Positions 13,140 through 23,665 of a DNA stretch of 64,000 bases are shown in pieces. The position numbers and the translations under genes are program-made. Under the pieces are notes generated by a model, which was given only the letters and a program-made list of their open reading frames with translations, was not told where the DNA came from and searched no databases. Source of the DNA: Narcine bancroftii (lineage: Eukaryota); assembly GCF_036971445.1 (NCBI RefSeq), contig NC_091477.1, positions 119,908,001-119,972,000 on the forward strand. Direction: 5' to 3'. Position 1 is the stretch's first letter. Every line of letters starts with the position of its first letter.

Positions 13140-13880
13140 AAAACACAAAAGTTGATAGGCGCCGTGGATAAAGTGAAAACACAACACTGGAGAAACTCAA
13201 CAAGTCAAGGAGCCTTCTTTACAGAGCAAAAATAAAGATACATAACCAACTTTTCAGACCTTCATCAAGGTATGGACGAAATATGGGGGTGGCACCCAAA
13301 CAAAATGGTTGCAGGGAGAAGAGGCAGGGGGAGGAGCACGGTCCCACAGGCAGGAGGTAATAGGTGGATAAGGGAGGGAGAGCACAGCAGCAAACAGGAG
13401 GAGGAGGGATGGTTCTGTGAAAGGAGAGGGTAGTGGGTAGAAGGCAAGAGAAAAGAGTGAAAGGGAAGGGAGGGAGAACGGAGAGCAGGCGAGCAGAAAC
13501 CAGAAAAGTCAATGTGAATGCCATCTGGTTGGAGAGTGCTTGGATGGAAAATCAAGTGTTGCTCCACCAATTTACAGGTGGTCTTGCTGGGACAATACAT
13601 GAGGCCATGGACAGACACCCGAGCATGAGAGTAGGGCACGGAATTGAAGTGGTTGGCCACTGGGAGATCCCTGTCAGTGATGCGGACAGAGCAAAGGTGC
13701 TCAGTGAACCAATCGCCCAGTGTGTGCCCAGTCTTTCTGATGTAGAGAAGGCCACAACAAGAACGCCGGGTGCAGTAGATCATTCCTGCGGATATACAAG
13801 TGAAGTGTTGCTTCATTTGAAAGGACTATTTGGTCCCCTGATAGTGGAGAAGGAGGAGGTGTGGGTGCAGGTGTGGCATC
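13140..13880 (-). mobile_element. Penelope-like retroelement 3' part (GIY-YIG endonuclease remnant)
   Basis: ORF 13265-13816: FTCISAGMIYC...CGLLYIRKTGHTLGDWFTEH...PVANHFNS...EQHLIF...QPDGIHIDF, which follows the GIY-YIG pattern. Confidence 0.8.
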
Positions 13881-14199
13881 TCCAGCAGAAGTTCCTTGCT
13901 TCACAGTTGCAAGGCACCTGTCTAAATCACAACTCCCCAGGCTGCTTTACTATTTACCATCAATGTTTGGAGTCAATTGATTGAATTTTAAGAACAGAAG
14001 AAGTTTGCTGACAGCACTTTATTTAATACTTACTGGGAATGAGATTGAAAGGAATGGGAAGCATAACAGGACAAACAGGGGCTCATTTCAACCAATCAAT
14101 AAATGCGTCTCCCACCAAGGCTCAGGAGAAAGTGGCCAGCGTTAGAAAATGTACATTCCACCGGGAACTGTGGGATATACTGACACAGATCAATTAAGC

Positions 14200-14655
14200 A
14201 CAGATTTACAAGGATGTGGCCGGGACATGAGCTACAAGTAGAGGTTGAGCAGGCTGAGGCTTTATTCCTTCGAGCGCAGGAGGATGAGGGGTAATCTCAC
14301 AGAGGTGTTGAAAATCGTGAGAGGAATAGATTGGGAGAGTGCAGGGTCTCTGACACAGAGTAGGGGAATCGGTAACCAGAGGGTATAAGTTTATGGTGAG
14401 TGGAGGGGAGATTTAACAGGAGCCGGAGGGGTAACTTTTTTGTAAAACACACAGAGGGTGATGTGATAATAGAGTGGGGTGCTGATTAAGGTTGGCTGAG
14501 GCAGGTACTATTGTAAAGTTTAAGAGAAAAATTGGACAGCTACAAGGATAGGGTGGATATGGCCCAAACACAGGCAGGACTAGTGTGGGTGGGATAATTT
14601 TGTCGGTGTGGGCAAGTTGGGCTGAAGGGCTTTTTTCCACCCTGTGCGACACTCC
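14200..14655 (+). mobile_element. CR1-type LINE 3' fragment
   Basis: agatttacaaggatg...aggatgaggggtaatctc...aaccagaggg...gggctgaagggc. Confidence 0.65.
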
Positions 14656-15499
14656 ATGAGCTTGTTATTTTGGAAGAATAAAACAGTCACATCAAGGTTA
14701 GATCACATTTGGATCTGGGCTCAAGTTGCCAATGGTTTGAACTGAACCGAAGTCTTGTGCGGCTGCAGAGGATGAAGGAGGCAAATCCAGAGGCATCTAG
14801 TGATTCTGGTGGGGGAGGGGGGGCATCTCTCTTTTGATTCTCTTTCTCTTACTGGAAGGGATGCTGACCAATGCTGACGGTGTATCTTTGTCTGCCTTCT
14901 GGTAGATTAAAGGTAGCTTTGTGTAATATTACATGACAATGTATATATATCTGCATCTGAATAATGCAATGTATATGATTTTTTTTACTAAGTACCTGTT
15001 CGGCTGCAACCAGTAAGACTTTCAGTGCAAATTTACATTGTACAGGGCATCAAAGGTTATGGGGAGAAGCCCGGGCAGTTTGACTAAGTGGCAAAATGGA
15101 TCAGTTTCTCCAGCATTGTGCTTTCTCTTCAAGCAGAGTGTCTGAAGACTTTTGCATTTTACTTCAGCTCATGATTATATGGTGGGGTAGATTCATTGGG
15201 CTGAATAGCCTATTCTGCTCCTAGGTCTTATGGTCATGGTATATTATAATAAATCATGATCATGGCCTGGCTGCAGGCCATTCAGTTCAAAAATCGATGC
15301 CAGTTCCAGGTAGATCAATGCCATGAATCTCATTTGCTCCATCTTTTCCCAAAGCCTGCAAATTATGTTCCCTCAAATCCATACCCAATTCCTTCTTAAA
15401 AGCCCTGATTGCTTCAGTTTCTATCACCCTTACATTCAAATATTCCAAAAAATGTAACCCCTCACAGCACTAAGAGAGGGGTTGCATATCCCTTTTTAA

Positions 15500-15695
15500 T
15501 TATTATATGTGGTGATATGTAATTACACCACTAGGTCACCAGGGGCCATCCCGGTGACCTTGTCTATAAAGCCGTCCAGAGCTACAGTCTAGCCTTCCAG
15601 GTTCGTCTTGCAGAGAGACAAGACGTCTTAGTGTACATATTAGTTCATTAAAGCTGTCTTATACTCGCTTTGATGGTGTGGTTATTGTTAGTACA
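15500..15695 (+). mobile_element. Possible solo LTR
   Basis: Compact ~200-bp unit with TATAAA (15567), ATTAAA (15647) and a GTACA end. No convincing TSD was found. Confidence 0.3.
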
Positions 15696-15994
15696 ATTTT
15701 ATCGGAATCTAAATAACAAATTCCTGTCCACAGTCTAGAGCTATATTCCAATAGGAACAGCTTCCAGATGTATACACTATCCAAACCCATCAGAATCATG
15801 TTTTGATGTGTAAAACACGGGCTAATCAAACAGAAATTCCATTTGTCCTTATCCCCTGTGCACTCAATCTGCCCCTTATGTTTTTGTTTTAACTCAAGTG
15901 ACTGCAGATGTTAACATCTGTAGCAAAAGAAACAACCTGCTTTATTCCCTGGTGTGTCAATGAACTAGGGGAGATTTGACAGAGCTATACAAAA

Positions 15995-16400
15995 TTACGC
16001 CCTACTCCGCTCCCAAGCAGCTCAGGTCAGCTACCACAGGACGTCTGGCTATTTCACACACTAAGTGCACATAAAGGGGAGACTGAGCCTTCGCAGGTCC
16101 AGCCCCTAAAACTGTGAAACAGCATTCCCCTGAACATTAAACTAGCCCCCTCCCTCAACTGCTTTAAATCCAGGCTAAAAAATGTACCTTCTGTCGTTAG
16201 CATTTAATGTCTGAAACCTTTTGTTCATTCCTAACCTCTGACAGCGCTGCACTATTCACTGCAATGGTGCTCTGTTTATAATGTCTTAATCCTTTGTAAA
16301 TAGCTGTACTAATTTTGATTGATTGCCTTGGTTTGTACAGCACTTTGGTCAATGCAAGTTGAAAAAAATGTGCTATATAAATAAAGAATTTGAACATGAA
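15995..16400 (+). mobile_element. L2-clade LINE 3' end
   Basis: Degenerate coding Y.APKQLRS...KGD*AFAGPAPKL*NSIPLNIKLAPSLNCFKSRLK, then the 3'UTR tgtacagcactttggtcaa...gtgctatataaataaag. Confidence 0.65.
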
Positions 16401-16594
16401 CTAAATGTATCCTGAGCAATAATATAATGAATTCCAAGAAAAAATTTTCTTAATGAATGATCTGATCAATATTAATATTTTTGGTGAACTTACAAATGTT
16501 TATCAAATGAAGGAGAGGCTTGGAAACTGGGGAGAAGCTCACACAACAGTGACAGGAATTCTGTACGTTCACAAACAGTGCAGTATGGACTTAC

Positions 16595-16803
16595 CCCTCA
16601 CACTTTGGTGTCACTCCCTCAACTCGGAATGAGAAATCTGGTTGCATTATCCGGTAATGAATCGGGAACAGCCCAGCCAGAATCACGTCTCCATCCTCAG
16701 AGGCAGTGCTGAGGTTAAATTTTGCTCGAACCTTGCAGTTCAGGTCGGCCGCTGCAAGAGTCGGATGTAAAAGGAGCAGGGCAGCAAGCGAAAGCACCGC
16801 CAT
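16595..16803 (-). CDS. V2R/OlfC gene A, exon 1 (signal peptide)
   Basis: MAVLSLAALLLLHPTLAA...EDGDVILAGLFPIH...KCE; GG|gtaagt donor in phase 2, matching exon 2; 209 nt. Confidence 0.95.
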
Positions 16804-16842
16804 CCTGTGTTTACCTCGGTGTGGCAGGGTGAGATCCTCCCC

Positions 16843-16849
16843 ATTTATA
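16843..16849 (-). promoter_or_regulatory. TATA box of gene A
   Basis: TATAAAT about 40 nt upstream of the ATG, a similar spacing to B, C and D. Confidence 0.6.
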
Positions 16850-18928
16850 CAGGACTAAAACGTTCTTCATAAAAACAGTGACACATCCCTGAAGCCAGGG
16901 GAGGAAAATATAACCCACAGCACCTTTGAGAATTACTGTTCAGTAAAGAAAGAACAATTAAAAGATATTAACCAGCTAAATCTAACGACAAAAGCAATGC
17001 ATGAATTTGGATAAATGGCAATGCATGTTTCTTCCAGGTCCAACATTCCCTGATGCAATTTTTTTAATGAATCCTATTAAGACATCATTACTGAAAAGTT
17101 TACAGCAGAAGGGCAGAAAACGCAGTGAATAACAAAATTAAACAACATTGGCGAACTCGCTGCAGCCAATTCAGCATCGGGAGGACACAAGAGACTGCAG
17201 AGGCTGGAACTCACTAGTTCAAGCAGCTTCACAAATGACCAACTCCGAAACAAACTGGAAAAGTTCACTGTCTGAAATTATTGAACTCGGTATCCACTCA
17301 CAAATCTAGTCAGTCACAAACTCATAGAGCAGCATTTTACTCTCTTATTGGGCACTTCATGGACTAATTTCAGACAATCAGCTTCTCCAGTTTGCAGCAG
17401 TATTGCCAATTTAAATGAAAGGATCTGATAAACCCTGATGTTCACTCACTAATTTCTCTGTTCATGGGTCCTTCTCTACTGACAGCTTCATGTGCCCTCC
17501 TTCACTTCATACTATCCATCTTTGTATCTCAGATCTCCCATTGTTTTTTCCCACCTCTCTCACCATAAATGCTGCCTGAACTGTTAAGCATTGTATTTTA
17601 AATCCGAGGTAAAACTCTCTCTAATTTTACTAAATGAAATTAAAGAGAATTTGTATGAATTCTTCTCAATTTCAGCAGATTTGTTGACCACAGGCAACCA
17701 GATGGAGCGAGTTGCTTGTTATTATGGTCAGCTTAGAGACTGTGGACCAAAGGACGTGCTCCTGTGCCTTACTACTCCACATTGTTATATTGTCATCATA
17801 AGTTTTTGATAACACATATTCAAGTTCATAGTTCCTCAAAATCAAAGAATGAATGCTGGGAATCCTGGAAACGGTTGCCATGTGATTGAAAGTAAATGTT
17901 AAAAATAGTGATCGTTCTTCAAACATTGTAATGGGTTAATAAGAACCTTCTCCCAGTTCTGAATCATTCCCATGGAGCCAAACAACATGGAAAGAGACCC
18001 TTCAGCCCACCAAGTTCATGCTGCCTATCCATTTGTCCCCACTTCATTATATTCTCCCCAAATTCCCATCAACTTCCCCCCGTACACAAACACATCAGTC
18101 AATTACAGTGGCCATTTATAGTTATAGCATTCCACAGCACAGAAATTGGCCATTCAGCCCAACTTGTCTATGCCAACCAAATTTTACACTTAAAATGGGC
18201 CTATATGTAGCATTCAGCAGACATGCTTCTGAACTCTTCCCATCTACGTACCTAATGAACTTTCAAACCACAAATTGTTGGGATGTGAGTGGAAATGAGA
18301 GTACCCAGAGGAAATGCATGCAGTCACAGGGAGAGCGTCAAACGCCACACAGAGGGAGGTCAAGATTAGTTCTAGGCTACTGGAGGTAGCAGTTTTACCA
18401 CTGGATTATTTAAATTTCTCTGTTTATAAATTTTTACACTTGCATTTTAAACTTGCAATTAACTCATTGGGCAATTAAGTAATACTGCTTTGTGTGTTTA
18501 CAGTTAATAGGATGATAAATGATTCATTATAAAAGGCCTGGGGCAGTTGTGAAGAACAGTTCATTATATGCCCCACATGGCATCCAAAACACTATTAGTG
18601 TTATTTATCTTATTTCATGTTGAACAACAGATTAGATACACAGGGAGTCATGTTGTGCCACGAAACAACTCAACTTAATACATGTAGATATTAATTTAAT
18701 GCTGAAATGAGAAGAATAATCACAGAGCTAATTGATTTCACACCTTGCAGAACAAGAGACAGCCAGAAGGGACAAAATTAGACTTTGCAAAGGACATTAA
18801 TAGAAATGTTTACAATGCTTCAACCATTAATCCAGCATGGCCTAACATTAGAACAATGAACATCACAGCAGAGTCTAAGCCCTTCAGCCCACGATATTGT
18901 GCCGACCTACAGTAGATAAATCTTTACC

Positions 18929-19166
18929 ATTGATTCTCAACCTTTTCTTTCCACTATGCCATAGGTGCTCTGTGATTAGTAAGTGATTGCATAAGGTGGT
19001 ATGTGAGTGGGAAGGGAAGGTTGAGAATCACGGCTCGAGACCCAGTTGTTACTGAAATATTTTGCTTGAGAAAATGGTCACTGGTCCATTTCCTTTGGAG
19101 TTACGAAACTGTGCACATAACGAGTCAATTTGGAATGATTAAAACAGTGGTATTCAAACTTTTTCT
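18929..19166. mobile_element. hAT/Charlie-type MITE (composite)
   Basis: Inverted ends cattgattctcaacctt / aaggttgagaatcacgg, plus a further cagtggtattcaaacttttt end. A second copy lies at 6985-7225. Confidence 0.65.
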
Positions 19167-20030
19167 GTTTCGAAGGGCTCCCTTTGAATATCTTGGTGGA
19201 ATTCTCTGCTGAGTTAACTTCTTCCTCGCAGTGAATGATCATAGCTGATTCGCAGACGTTTCGTTATGAAATCGTGTGGTTGAAAGAGACAGAAATAATA
19301 CTGTATATCTTGGAATCTAGAGCCAAATAATCCGCTGGCCAACTGAGGGGGGGGGTCAAGCAGCATTGGATTTCCTCCAGTAGTTCAGCAGATTTTGTAT
19401 AAAATACGCAACGCTGGGAACAAATCCATTAGACTATAAACAGAGGAGCAAAACCAGGCGAATCGACCCAAGGAATCCGCTCCATTATTCAGCATGGCTG
19501 GTCCCCTCGCTCTTTCCTGCCAAGAAGCTCCCCCAGCCCACTCCACCTTTTAGGATCATGTTTATTTACTATCATGTTTCTTCATCCTATCTATGAATCC
19601 ATAATATTTTTAAACCCTGCATAGTACCTCCCTCAACCACTTCCTCAGACTGCCTTTTCCACATAATCACGCGTGATGATGTTACACCCGGGTATCTAAT
19701 GGAATCTCTGCACTTCGCCTCATCTTATGTCTATCTGGTTACTGATTTCCCGAGGCTGGGCAACCGAACCAGTGCGTTCACAGATTTATTCCTCCCATAT
19801 TCGCAAACCTTTGTGCGATGTCTCCTCATCTTCCTCTATTGCAAGAAATAAAGACCTAACCTGCTCAATCTATCCCCGAAGCTCAGCCCCCGAGTCCTAG
19901 CAACATCCTCGTAAATCTTCTATGCACAGTGGCTGGTTCCACATGTTTTATATTGTGGTGAAGAAAATGTGAAAGAGGTTGTCAGGAAGAGGGACAAAAT
20001 TAATCTTTAATTTGTGTGTCCTTTCTGAAG

Positions 20031-20229
20031 GTTTTGCATTACTTCCAATCGATAGATTTCACAACTAAAGTCGGGGAAAGGATACATTTACGACATTGTC
20101 AACTGGCAGCTGAATGACGAAGGAAGAGCGGTTGTTGTATTAGTTGGACATTATAACGGATCCGCTGCTCCAGATGAACAGGTCACAATAAATGACGGAT
20201 CTATTGTTTGGAGTGGCGGTCGCAGTGAG
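20031..20229 (+). pseudogene. psi1 exon 4 remnant
   Basis: gaag|GTTTTGCATTAC...AGTGAG|gtaaac; 199 nt versus 228, lacking cgacgaaaacggcgactccgtgccgacct of gene B. Confidence 0.9.
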
Positions 20230-22076
20230 GTAAACATAGAAAACCTACAGCACAATACATGGCATCGGCCCACAAAGTTCTGCCTGTATTAGCTCATTCA
20301 TCAACCTCCCTCGGTCCAGGGAGAAAGGCCGACTTCACTCAACCTGTTTTCATAACGTATGCTTCCTAATCCAGATGACATCCTTGTAAATCTGCCCTGC
20401 AACATTTGTATGGCTTCCACATCCTTCCGGTGGTGAGACGATCAGAAGATCGCAGACCAGGGTTCTCTATAGCTGCAACATTAACTCTTGGCTCCCAAAT
20501 TCAATCCCAGGATTAATGAAGAATTGCACCTCATGCTTTCTGGACCACAAAGTCAATCTGCGCATCTTCTTTGAGCGCCCGATGGATTCCAACTCCAAAA
20601 TCCCTTTGATTCTCCACATTGCCAAGAATCTTATCAAAATAAACCACACTTCCGTACCCCCAACATTACAGTACTCAAACAGGAGTACTTACTGTCAAGG
20701 AGTACAGTCACATGATTACTCTCTTGTACTTGACTCTTCCCTTTACCCACCCATTCCCCCCCCCCCCCCCACTGTATCCCAATAGTCTGTCTCCGGTGGC
20801 CCTGATGTGAACACCTGCTTATAAATCGTTTATGTCACCTCCTCGCTCTCCCCGACCAGACGAAGGTCATCGAGCTGCAACTCCATTTCCCTAACGCCGT
20901 CACTGGAGCTTCCGATAGGGAAGATATGGCCATCCGGGAGGCTGGGAGATTCCAAGACCTCGCACGTGTGACACCGAGCTCAGAACACCAGACTCAGACA
21001 CATACTTCCTGACTTCAATTAACACAGAAAAACCAACTCCACCCCATTGCCTAGGGTATGATACCGTTATTCCCCTCCCCATTCTTTCCATCGGGGCATG
21101 GCCCTTCCATATCTGCTTGTTCAGCAGGGTCCTCCACCTTTTTCCTCTCCTTCCCTTTCCTCCCTCGTCTCCTCTCCTTCTCTCCCAGTCCCCACCTATT
21201 TATTCGGGCGACCTTCTGTTTTTATTTCTTACACCTGACGAAGGGCCCAAGCTTACTTCCTAAGGATGATGCGTGTGTTGCGGGTTTTATCCAGCAGTTA
21301 GGTGCATTGCACATGCCCATTTCGTCTCTCCTTGTCTCCTTCCATCCATTAATCCCCCTGCCTTTATCTACAAACTTCACAAAGGCTCCTCATTACCTTG
21401 CCTTCCTTAGGCCGTTTGTAACATTCTGACCCCTACATTTCCTTTAACACCGGTTCGTGGCAAATTAAAACAATGGGGGAGGGTCAGATTGAAACATACC
21501 GATCGGTGAACGCCAGAGTGAATGCAGAAATGTGACTTTGCATGGTGGACTAATGCTGAACAAGAGGGTTCAGGGTCCTTTTATTTCTTTTTAAAATATT
21601 TACTGAGTTCAAAATAATAATCCTACATACAAAGACTACTAATATAATAAAAATCATTTCATAACATAGACATATCACAAAGCGATATACGTATAACAGA
21701 TTCAGGATTGAAATGCATCCACTTATAACGGAGAGGCGGGGGAATCTTTTAGCGAAATGTGGAGAATCTGTGGAACTGGTGGCCATCGGCTATTCTTCAG
21801 TCATTGCGTGTGCTTAAGACAGACTTTCAAAGGTTCAACTGTTATCTGGAGAAGCCGAGCTGCATCGAAAAATGGAGCAGCTCCTGGTTGAATGGCGGGG
21901 AATACTTGATAGGAAGATTGACGGACGTATATCAGCTCTATATTTCGTGGTTTTATGATCTTTCCACTCTTCAGTCAGCACTGAAGCAGTATCCATGAAT
22001 CCATCTCGGACTTGTTTTATTTTGCTCGTGTTTAAATCCTTAGCAGGATTTTAAATCAAATTTCCTTTGCTTTAAG

Positions 22077-22150
22077 ATTCCATTGGCTGCATGAAATGCC
22101 CCATCGATTCGTGGTCCAGTTCTCGGCAGGACCAATGCATTCTAAAGCAG
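22077..22150 (+). pseudogene. psi1 exon 6 5' stub
   Basis: taag|AT TCC ATT GGC TGC... = (D)[24 protein letters not shown], after which homology is lost and a TAG follows. Confidence 0.9.
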
Positions 22151-23280
22151 TGGTTGGAGCTTTGGTAGAATTATTTCCAATGACCTGACCTGGTAGAAGC
22201 ACGTTAACGAGACGGCAAAGTATCCATGCATCCACATTTTTAGAAGACTTAGGAAGTTCGGTATGTCCCCACTCCCCCACCCTTTGCCCCTCAACAAGAT
22301 CTACAGGTGGACCATCGAAAGCCTACTTGCGGAATGCATCACAGTCTGATGAGAGCTGCTCTGCCACGATCGGAAGGATCTGCAGAAGGTCGTTAACGCA
22401 GCTAAGAATATCACGCAAACTTCCCTTCACTCCATGAACTCCGACTATCTGTCTACAAACGACAAGCAACATCATGAAGGACATTCTCCCTACCCCCATC
22501 GGGAAGAAAGCTTAAGAGTGCAAAATCACAGAAGAACAAGCTTAAGGACTGATTCTTCCTGCATCCATCAGATCCCCGCAACAGTGCTTTCATCCTGCTC
22601 TTGTTTCGTGTTAATTGATTTTTTTCATTACTGTCACATGCTCTGTAAATGCTACTCTTTTCACATCTATATGAATGTTAGGGAGTCTATTAGTCTCCTC
22701 GCAAAAGGACCCTTCTCGCTGTACTAACAGCTTTGCGACAAACAAGTTTGAAGTTTAAACTTACACCTTAGTAATTGTTGCAAATTATTGCAAATATTCG
22801 CATTTTTAAATGCCTTCTTGAAAAACTATTCAAAGTTGCTAGATCTGCGCGCTGAAAGCGAATTCTGGGATCGCTGTGTGGCCCTGAGGAGAGGCATGTG
22901 AAGCAGTTGATTCCAAAGTGCCCACTAACAAGTCTTGAAATGCAATTACAAGTTGTCCAATTCAAATGAAAATTCATTTGCATAAAACGTTACTCTATTT
23001 TTCACTGCACAGATATTTCCTCGTCTGCAAAATGTGTCGTTTTCCTTTGCCCGTCAATGTTTCAGATTTAGACACTGGATCAAGAAACTTGATGTGCACT
23101 CTTTCATGAACAAGTCAGTACTGTTTACAGATATACAACGTGACCTGTGGGACAGCAGAAAGATATGATGAAGCTGGTGAATTTTTAACGCTTGCAATGC
23201 CCACCACTCATTGCTATTTTCCTTACAGGTCAACCAACCGTATTCATGTGTTTCCCATTTGCGGATTTTTTATAGCTTTA

Positions 23281-23450
23281 CTCTGTTAATTGTATCTCTT
23301 TGTTCACTATCTCAGATTAGATTAAAGTGTCATTTTATTTCCCATGGGTGTTATTTCTTTAATCAGGGAAAACAAGTTACTCGCCCAAAAGTAACGCACG
23401 ATATAAAACTCCACGGTGTTATTTCGGCAAGAGTCGAAACGACCTCAAGT
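23281..23450 (+). promoter_or_regulatory. Proximal promoter of gene B (TAATTG, O/E-like sites, TATAAAA at 23402)
   Basis: Aligns with the regions upstream of the C and D ATGs; atataaaactccacgg is shared by all three. Confidence 0.7.
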
Positions 23451-23665
23451 ATGTGCTTCGCATTGCTGTTGGGGTTACTGCTACCTGCTGCGGTTCCAGC
23501 TTTGAAGACTGAAAACCTAATATGTCAACGCAGGAAAATGTTTGATTTGTTTAGTTTATCGAAGGAGGGAGACATCAACATCGGCGGAATTTTTGTTCTT
23601 CATTCTCATGCGGAAATCTCGGAAGATTCATTTGAAACCAGGCCAGGAGCTGTGAAATGCAAAAG
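23451..23665 (+). CDS. V2R/OlfC gene B, exon 1
   Basis: MCFALLLGLLLPAAVPA...KEGDINIGGIFVLH...VKCK; AG|gtcagt donor; 215 nt. Confidence 0.95.

Larger units (their letters stand above)
19177..22150 (+). pseudogene. V2R/OlfC pseudogene psi1 (intron-2 remnant, frameshifted exon 4, exon-6 stub)
   Basis: 19177-20007 is homologous to intron 2 of C and D. The exon-4 copy (20031-20229) has a 29-nt deletion. The exon-6 stub is 22077-22150. Exons 1, 3 and 5 were not found. Confidence 0.85.

Noticed and set aside
22976-22983. Octamer motif ATTTGCAT upstream of B
   Set aside because: A single 8-mer in AT-rich DNA, not seen at the equivalent position in C or D.
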